Positions 44,201-49,440 of a stretch of DNA of 49,440 nucleotides are shown piece after piece. Source of the stretch: a virus; the IMG/VR virus record IMGVR_UViG_3300045988_127364, positions 1 to 49,440 of that record; one strand, written 5' to 3'. The notes below the pieces were generated by a model. That model was given only the letters and a program-made list of their open reading frames with translations. It did not search any database and was not told the DNA's origin. Made by a program: the position numbers and the translations under genes. Every line of letters starts with the position of its first letter. The stretch's first letter is position 1.

Positions 44201-46326
44201 AATCCCTTGATCATGGTGCCGACGCCGTTTATCGCGGAGGACAGCGTCAGGCACATCTGGGCCGCGAGGTCGAACGACAGCGCGATTGTCTCGGGGAAGT
44301 TGAACGCGACGATGAGCGGCCCGATGATTTCGATGAGCTGTCGAACCGTGTTGCTGATAAGGTTCGCCACGCCAGCTATCTCGTTCTTGACGGCGCCGAC
44401 GATGTCGAGTCCGTCGAACTGGTGCTGGATTGCCTTTGCGAGGACCTTGAAGTCGTCGACGAGCGGCTGGAAAGCCTTGCCGATGCGGTTCAGCATGTCC
44501 ATTATCTCGTCGTACAGCTTGTCGGTCAGCCCGTCGCCCAGTGCCCAGTCGTAGTCATCGAGTTTGATGTCGGAGATGTTCGGGGCCCCGCCGCCACCGC
44601 CTGCGCCGCCGCCACCGCCGCCGCCCGAGCTGCCAGTGCCGGAGCCGCTGAAGGTCTCGTTGAACTTGTTGATTTCGTCGAAGCCCATGAGCTGGCGCTT
44701 AAGTTCCTCGACCTGCTTTGCGGCCTTTCCGGCCTTATTGCCAGCGCCTCCGGCGGCGTTACCGGCGTTGCCGATGGCGTCTGCGGCGTCATCCGCTGCG
44801 GCGGCCGTGCCCTCGTATGCGCCACCGTCACCGAAGCCCATGTTGGCGATGGCGGTGCCGCCAGTCACCTTGGCGAGCAGGTTAGCGAGGGTCGCCACGG
44901 CCTTAACGACCGCGACGGCCACCGGGATGATGGCCTGCAGCATCGGCAGGAACACGTTGCCGATCGCCTGCGCGGCGGTCTGCATCTGGCTCTTGAGGAT
45001 TCGGATTTGGTTGGCGGGTGACGCTGCGGTCTTTGCGAGGTCTCCGTGTGCCCAGCTGACCTGCGACATTATCGCCTTGTAGCGCAGCATGGCCTTCTCG
45101 GCCTGCGTCATCTTCGACACCTGCCCGCTGAGGCCCATGTTGTAGGCCTCCTGCTGCAGGCGCGCGGTGGTCAGGTCGTAGCCCAGCGCTCGCAGCGGCT
45201 CAATCTCTCCGGCAAGACCGGAACGGACCTTCTCGAACGCCTCGTCGTTGCTGATGTTGAAGAAGGACGCGAGGTCGTAGGACAGCTGAGTGAGTCCCTT
45301 GGACATGGTGTACGCGTTATTGGCCGCGACGCCCATGCCCTGCGCCATGGTCATGAACGTGCCCTGGTTTTTCAGGAACTCGCCCGAGTTGATGCCTAGC
45401 GCGGCCTGCACCGCGTTTGCGTACTCGTGCGCGGTGGCGGCGTACTGGCCGAGGGACGTGTCGGCGAGGTTGATGTTTTCGATATAGCGGTTGGACTGGT
45501 CGACGCAGTAGGCGATGCCCTGCCCGACCTTGTAGAAGGTCGACGCGACGGTCGCCACGGCGCGGATGACCGATGCCGAGGTGCGCAGCTTTGAGATGAA
45601 GCTGTCAAGAGAGGACTCGGCCTGCTTGGTGCCGCTGGCCGTGCTCGCGCCGAAGCTCTTGGACGCGCTCTTTATCGTCCTGAAACCGGATGCGACGCTC
45701 GCGAACTTCTCCGGGAGCTTGCCCAGCGAGTCGTTGATCGCATCGCAGGCGGCGCGGAAGGACGTCATGTCCATCTTGTCGAGAGATGCGGCAAGCTCAG
45801 GGAGCCTCTTGAGTGCGTTTACCGTGCTGCCGAGGTTTGACCTCGGCAGTGCGCTCAGCTCCGCGAGCGAGGTATACAGGCTATGGAACTTGGTCGCGTC
45901 GAAGCTGACCTGATTCATCTCCGCGACAGAAGCGGCGATTTTCCTGATTTGGTTGGCGATGCTGGAGGACAGCTTGAGTCCGCTAAGCGAGCGGACGGAG
46001 TTGACCGTCTCGCGCACCTGAGCGGAACTGTTCATCTGCGAGGTGGCCGCCGCGATAGCGGAGACATTCTTCGCCACGGTAGATGAAATCTTGACGCCCT
46101 GCAGCTGCCGCACGGCGTCGGCGATCGCGGCGACGTTCTTGCTGTCAACGCGAGCGGACGACAGCCTTGAGATACCGTCCGCAACCTTCGACAGCGACGT
46201 GCCGACGCCGCGAGTTCCCGTCTTGAGTTCTTTTACGTCATCGGCTAGGCCTCTGACGGCGCTACGGGCGTTGTCCGCCTTGGTCTCGATAGAGATTCGC
46301 AGCTGGTCGATGCTGGCTTCTGCCAC
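41239..46326 (-). CDS. tape measure protein
   Basis: 1695 aa, Ala/Gly-rich with a Gly run GGGGGGAGGGGGAP; follows the tail chaperone genes. Confidence 0.9.
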   Translation of the reverse strand: MAEASIDQLRISIETKADNARSAVRGLADDVKELKTGTRGVGTSLSKVADGISRLSSARVDSKNVAAIADAVRQLQGVKISSTVAKNVSAIAAATSQMNSSAQVRETVNSVRSLSGLKLSSSIANQIRKIAASVAEMNQVSFDATKFHSLYTSLAELSALPRSNLGSTVNALKRLPELAASLDKMDMTSFRAACDAINDSLGKLPEKFASVASGFRTIKSASKSFGASTASGTKQAESSLDSFISKLRTSASVIRAVATVASTFYKVGQGIAYCVDQSNRYIENINLADTSLGQYAATAHEYANAVQAALGINSGEFLKNQGTFMTMAQGMGVAANNAYTMSKGLTQLSYDLASFFNISNDEAFEKVRSGLAGEIEPLRALGYDLTTARLQQEAYNMGLSGQVSKMTQAEKAMLRYKAIMSQVSWAHGDLAKTAASPANQIRILKSQMQTAAQAIGNVFLPMLQAIIPVAVAVVKAVATLANLLAKVTGGTAIANMGFGDGGAYEGTAAAADDAADAIGNAGNAAGGAGNKAGKAAKQVEELKRQLMGFDEINKFNETFSGSGTGSSGGGGGGGAGGGGGAPNISDIKLDDYDWALGDGLTDKLYDEIMDMLNRIGKAFQPLVDDFKVLAKAIQHQFDGLDIVGAVKNEIAGVANLISNTVRQLIEIIGPLIVAFNFPETIALSFDLAAQMCLTLSSAINGVGTMIKGFTDTALIQLVAWIGDKLRGAIYLCIDVLQSWQDWFMRNVDALGKLGQAAGIGATLVLHLAEAVADVAFTTAAAAFQAINAVLQVMLELLVNSEAARVAATMLGAALTALAVTNGIAKGLQGIGSAFSAMAGIISGKSAESSGKVRLLSTDLKSNLKSGAEGAKEGLGKLASALGISRDKTELAAKATEHAKTVTANAADALANERTKLNEARSALGENATYAEKLGVKTQSMRVKTAESNLALEQSKDKLNSAKLAAMDYAASQDKTVAGAGKMAAAELKAGAEVAANTAKLGASTVATGAMTVAETAMTVAKTAGAVAQGLLNAAIAAFPGMVFVAALSGILSLLQPIIDGIGNAVLGFFGLNDATGQATDSTKQANEVLSEEEQQVKNNVDSIREYEKSHNNLKDALAMAGFSEQEFAQHLADTGQTFDDVAQQIDSFSQKTINSFDAIETGSSMSLETVNNNLANNLAVQQQWSDNLIQLCSITGWSMNSSMVQALRDAGPEKMATALQEVVNNPTSAQSKQFIQQLEDAANSGTDSFADVLGAGSTKSNAAGKKNAKGATDGVKSEKENTKSEAKKTSEATAKEFGSAKNQAKTSGKTMVDSFANGINDGAANVKSKAEGVRDKAVTGFNGGTGYTKAKSAGKNMSGGYGDGISAGAASAANAARGVSSRVVSAFRSGTGTAHSAGTAVMNSYRSGLSNAAGGAVSAASSASNRAANALRNGNGTASSSGRALGNSFVNGLRGVNARSAAHSVAASGEYGLRDYRGWYENAGRYVGYGFDDGLWSTRWTIYNTAEAIATNAANRMRRKLRIHSPSRVTMEIGGYFGEGFAIGISDSAKSVSNAVADMTAESLDATEEAAKFGKNVGKAYGNAIGDGFDGSKVASMLQDSENLARSTSASTFDGSSSRYTSHEGYPTTFETETAVSAMTKAMVQSAMTTGQLGGQQVNGGGDTTIVLRVGNEDLARAVVKGNESLARRGVVSLE

Positions 46327-46367
46327 GGCTACCCCATTTCTGGGGGCGCAATCCCGCCGTGCTTACA

Positions 46368-46814
46368 CTAGGCAGGCCCATGTCCCATGAGCCATACAGC
46401 CATTTTCTCGTGCGCGGATTTCTCCTCGTGCGCCGAAGCCTCCTCGGGAGTCCTAGACGACGCGATGCCGTAAGGCTCGTCTGGGTAAGGCACAGGATCG
46501 GCCTTCTTGACGAACGGGTTGAGCGCAGGGACGAGCGAGGCAATGGAATTGTAGACGTAGAGTCCCATCTGCCAGCGCTCCCACTCTCCGCGCTCGTTGC
46601 GCTGCCGCTGGGACTCCCTGAAAGCGGCGTACAGCCAAGGGTCGCCGTCCCAGTACTGCTCGACGGTCATCCCGAATGAAATGGCAGAGGGGAGCGCCAT
46701 GTCGAACGCATGTCCCAAAGGACACTCGCCCGTATAGCGCTCCCCTCCATCGGAAGGTGTCTTATCTTCCCCGGCTAGACCAGACGGAACTTCATTCGGG
46801 ACTCGGTAGGGTTT
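46368..46814 (-). CDS. tail assembly chaperone -1 frameshift extension (G-T fusion tail)
   Basis: The -1 frame is open across the end of the upstream chaperone ORF. Candidate slippery heptamer A-AAC-CCT at 46808-46814 (minus strand), 31 nt before the G-frame stop. Confidence 0.45.
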   Translation of the reverse strand, partial: KPYRVPNEVPSGLAGEDKTPSDGGERYTGECPLGHAFDMALPSAISFGMTVEQYWDGDPWLYAAFRESQRQRNERGEWERWQMGLYVYNSIASLVPALNPFVKKADPVPYPDEPYGIASSRTPEEASAHEEKSAHEKMAVWLMGHGPA

Positions 46815-47218
46815 TCGATAAGCGCGGTCATCGGCTGGTTGAACAGCGCGACGAGCAGCGCAATCATGTACGGCTTATCCTCGATACCCTGCCAGATGCC
46901 AAGAACCTCGTTGAAGGTAATCTTGGGCTGCTCCTTCTTGAAAGCGGGCAGCACGAAGTCGCTGATGAACTTCTCAAGTGAGGTCAGGGTGCTGTGGGAG
47001 AGCATTTCGGTGGCGTACTGCGATGTGATGCCCTTCTTCTCCATGTCCTTGACCATCTTGCGGGAGTAGCACAGGGTGTACTCGGTGCCGGTCTCCTCGT
47101 CCTCAATGACGATCTTGTCGTGGCCCTTGATGTCCTCAAGCGCCTGGGCGGCGATGTTGACTTCCTCGGTGTTCTCGGTGTCCTCAGTTGCCTCGATGTT
47201 CTCGGTGTTCTCGTCCAT
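46775..47218 (-). CDS. tail assembly chaperone (gpG-like)
   Basis: 147 aa, acidic N-terminus; between the major tail protein and the tape measure. Confidence 0.65.
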   Translation of the reverse strand: MDENTENIEATEDTENTEEVNIAAQALEDIKGHDKIVIEDEETGTEYTLCYSRKMVKDMEKKGITSQYATEMLSHSTLTSLEKFISDFVLPAFKKEQPKITFNEVLGIWQGIEDKPYMIALLVALFNQPMTALIENPTESRMKFRLV

Positions 47219-47263
47219 GTCTTACCTTTCTTTCGGTTTGCAATCCCTATCGGTGGTTTATGC

Positions 47264-47743
47264 CTAGGCGGCGTCGGGCAGGAGGGTCGGTGCGGTGGCG
47301 CAGGAGACGACGATGGTGGTCTCGCGGACCTTGTCGACCTCGCCGCCGTTCTCGTAGTAACTCAGGCCGCCCTGCCAGTAGTAGATGCCGTCATGTCCGT
47401 CGGGGGTGCCATCGGCAGAGGCGCCCATGGCGATAGCCCACCACTCGCTCTCGCCGAGAGCGGAGAGGGTTGCGAGCTTGGTGGAGTCGCCCTTGGTGTA
47501 GTTGGAGGTCAGCTTGATGGCCTCGAGCTTCTGGACGCCGTTGACGGTTTTCTGCACCTTGTCGGAGAGCGTGGTCGCGTCGAGGGCGTTAGGCTCACCG
47601 CCGAGGTCGCCGTAGCTCTTGATGTCCACGACCTTCTCGGCCTTTGCAAAGTCGGCTGCGGTGGGCTTGGCGGTCAGGCTCTTGAAGTGGTAGAAGTAGG
47701 TGTTGATGGTTGCGGTGGGGGTGGTGGATGCGGCTGCTGCCAT
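47264..47743 (-). CDS. major tail protein
   Basis: 160 aa from an ATG with GAAAGGAAA RBS; the track ORF has a spurious Arg-rich N-terminal extension. Confidence 0.65.
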   Translation of the reverse strand: MAAAASTTPTATINTYFYHFKSLTAKPTAADFAKAEKVVDIKSYGDLGGEPNALDATTLSDKVQKTVNGVQKLEAIKLTSNYTKGDSTKLATLSALGESEWWAIAMGASADGTPDGHDGIYYWQGGLSYYENGGEVDKVRETTIVVSCATAPTLLPDAA

Positions 47744-47759
47744 GTAATTTCCTTTCAAG

Positions 47760-48155
47760 TTACCAAGGCGCGACGGTGCCCGACTTGTCGAGCTTTGCGC
47801 GCCAAGTCGCGGCGAGACGGCGGACGCTGGGGTCGGCATCGGCAACTTCCGTCCAATTCGACCTGCGGAAACCGCAACGGGCCAGCGCCTCGTCCGCTGC
47901 AACTAGGATGTTTCGTGCCTCGAAAACGCTCGTGCCGGAAAACGACTGGGCGTCCACTGCCGTCCGCGTCCACAGCTCAACGCCGGAGCTGTCGCGCGTG
48001 CTCTCGTCCTCTCCGGGGAACCTGAACTTGACGAGCAGGGCGGGAAGGCTTGAGTCCTTAGAGTTGATCTCGCTTGAGGTGACGGTGCATTTCGGGTACC
48101 TCTTGGTCACCTCTTGGCGCACGTAGTTGAAGATTCGTGTGGAGTGGTCGTTCAT
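47760..48155 (-). CDS. tail completion / neck protein
   Basis: 132 aa from internal ATG MNDHSTR..; the upstream part of the track ORF is an Arg-rich alternate frame. Confidence 0.45.
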   Translation of the reverse strand: MNDHSTRIFNYVRQEVTKRYPKCTVTSSEINSKDSSLPALLVKFRFPGEDESTRDSSGVELWTRTAVDAQSFSGTSVFEARNILVAADEALARCGFRRSNWTEVADADPSVRRLAATWRAKLDKSGTVAPW

Positions 48156-48643
48156 GACTTGAAAATCCTCTTGGCGGTATTGACGACCTCGGAACGCGCC
48201 TCGTCCGCTCCGGCGCCCATGAACCTGCTGGCGATGTGGCCGTGCGTGAAGCCGAAAGAGCCGTCGTCCTTCGGGTAGGTCCAGCCGGACTCTCCCCTTC
48301 CACTCTGGTTGACCGTGTAGCCGTTCTCGGAGCCGTACGCGGCGTCTCCGCGTATGCCGGAACCGAACTCCAAGATGTGGCTCAGCGGCACCTCGTATGA
48401 GCAGTCGGCAGGCGACAGGACGGGTCCGTTTGCGAAAGCCTCCGCGCCATCCGCAGTCCTGCGGTAGCCGATCGTCTCGGTAACCCGCGTCGACGGGCAC
48501 AGCTCTTTGGCCGTGTCGGCCGCAGTCTCGGCAAGCTCCTCCGCGAGCTGGCCCGACTTATCGTCGAGTCCGTCCGCGTACACACGAAGCTGCTTCTCAA
48601 GCGCCGCGAGCGAGCTGTACGACAGCCCTGCCGTGAGGTTCAT
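48152..48643 (-). CDS. HK97 gp10-like neck protein
   Basis: Internal ATG MNLTAGLSY..; ATGA overlaps with neighbours. Confidence 0.45.
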   Translation of the reverse strand: MNLTAGLSYSSLAALEKQLRVYADGLDDKSGQLAEELAETAADTAKELCPSTRVTETIGYRRTADGAEAFANGPVLSPADCSYEVPLSHILEFGSGIRGDAAYGSENGYTVNQSGRGESGWTYPKDDGSFGFTHGHIASRFMGAGADEARSEVVNTAKRIFKS

Positions 48644-49005
48644 CGGCCGTCGACCCTTGTGAGTCCGAACGCGCAATAGTTGAGCGACGGGGACACGCGC
48701 TTGACCTCGTACGCGCCGGACATTGAGGGCTGGCCGTCAGCCAGCAACTCTGGCTTGTCGCCGAGCCACATGCGGTCGCCCTCGTCGATGCCCCAGCGGT
48801 TCGACTCGGCCACCAGCTGCAGGTCGTATGCGACCTGCGTTCCGAACGGGCTTGAGGAGCTGTCGCCGCTGGGGGCGGACGCGTTCACGCGGACCTCGAC
48901 CGGGTCGGACCATCCGTTGACGTACTCGCCCGTGCCGTACTCGCCGTCCATAATTTCGGTGCGCGATGGCTTAGAGAGCCACATGGCGCGCCTGTTGCGC
49001 TCCAT
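48640..49005 (-). CDS. head closure protein
   Basis: Position between the connector and neck genes. Confidence 0.45.
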   Translation of the reverse strand: MERNRRAMWLSKPSRTEIMDGEYGTGEYVNGWSDPVEVRVNASAPSGDSSSSPFGTQVAYDLQLVAESNRWGIDEGDRMWLGDKPELLADGQPSMSGAYEVKRVSPSLNYCAFGLTRVDGR

Positions 49006-49010
49006 GCACC

Positions 49011-49349
49011 TCACTTGACTGACCTCGACTTGCATCGCGGGACGATGCGCTGCAGGAGCTGCTTGGAGACGCCTGCGTTCGATCGGGTCCTGGTGATGCC
49101 GTTCTCGACGTGCGTAATCTCGTTGTCGGCCCCGCGCCAGTTGTACATGTCAGCCGCCATCAGGCACTGCAGGGAGTCGTACCTAGGCTCCCATGCGACC
49201 GAGTCAGGGTCGTCGGCGAACGGGTTGCGCGTCTCCAGAATCAGGGAGCGGGCGGCAGACAGGTAGGCCGCGATCAGCCCGCCGTCTGCCTCCTGACCTG
49301 CTCCCGTGAGGGCACAGACCTGTTTCAGCTTGTCCTCGTCGCTAAGCAT
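49011..49349 (-). CDS. head-tail connector (gp6-like)
   Basis: 112 aa; start is 3 nt after the capsid stop across the circular junction. Confidence 0.55.
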   Translation of the reverse strand: MLSDEDKLKQVCALTGAGQEADGGLIAAYLSAARSLILETRNPFADDPDSVAWEPRYDSLQCLMAADMYNWRGADNEITHVENGITRTRSNAGVSKQLLQRIVPRCKSRSVK

Positions 49350-49440
49350 GTTCTAAGCGACGCCCGGGGTGACGAGCTTCATGAACGGGATGGCGCGGTG
49401 ATCGCTGTAGGCCAGCGACCAGTTGCCTGCGGTGGCGAGC
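49300..49440. repeat. 141-bp exact duplication of bases 1-141 (circular assembly overlap)
   Basis: Read directly from the sequence; unique genome length about 49,299 bp. Confidence 0.95.

Noticed and set aside
47760-48500. 246-aa ORF as a single gene
   Set aside because: The N-terminal 115 codons are an Arg-rich alternate frame of the neighbouring gene; only the C-terminal 132 aa from the internal ATG look real.
1-49440. CRISPR array or large tandem repeats
   Set aside because: No regularly spaced direct repeats of 25-40 bp seen anywhere.

Overview
This window is a complete, circularly closed genome of a temperate siphovirus-like phage or prophage, about 49.3 kb and high in GC. Bases 1-141 repeat exactly at 49300-49440, so the head-tail connector gene at the right end and the capsid gene at the left end are adjacent, 3 nt apart.

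The minus strand carries nearly everything. One co-linear structural block runs terL, portal, scaffold, major capsid, then wraps to the connector, head closure, neck, major tail protein, a tail chaperone with a candidate -1 frameshift, a 1695-aa tape measure, tail, fibre and receptor-binding genes, and a holin/endolysin lysis cassette. A second block holds early genes: replication initiator with internal iterons, DnaC-like loader, RecT, YqaJ exonuclease, RusA, SSB, dUTPase, an RtcB RNA ligase, a C5 cytosine methyltransferase, and at least five tandem Lar-like CPFCG zinc-ribbon paralogs.

The plus strand carries a lysogeny module (cI-like repressor, membrane zinc-ribbon protein, tyrosine integrase) facing a cro-like gene. 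Just downstream of cro, on the minus strand, lies an array of nine tRNA genes, several with non-canonical features.

The most notable system is a diversity-generating retroelement (DGR). The receptor-binding tail-fibre gene (34833-36413) ends in a roughly 100-bp variable repeat, with a diverged template repeat about 265 bp downstream. In a hand alignment, 19 of 21 mismatches fall at template adenines. A GC hairpin with a GAAAA loop sits immediately 3' of the variable repeat, and a reverse transcriptase with YADD and SI motifs lies at 33309-34451.

terS and terL are separated by a 3.6-kb accessory island: a serine recombinase, an HTH regulator, TGAACGGTTA-type direct repeats, an opposite-strand cassette of acidic proteins, and a 540-bp iteron-rich non-coding region. 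All calls rest on manual reading of the sequence and the ORF track. Coordinates of small ORFs and tRNAs are approximate to a few nt.
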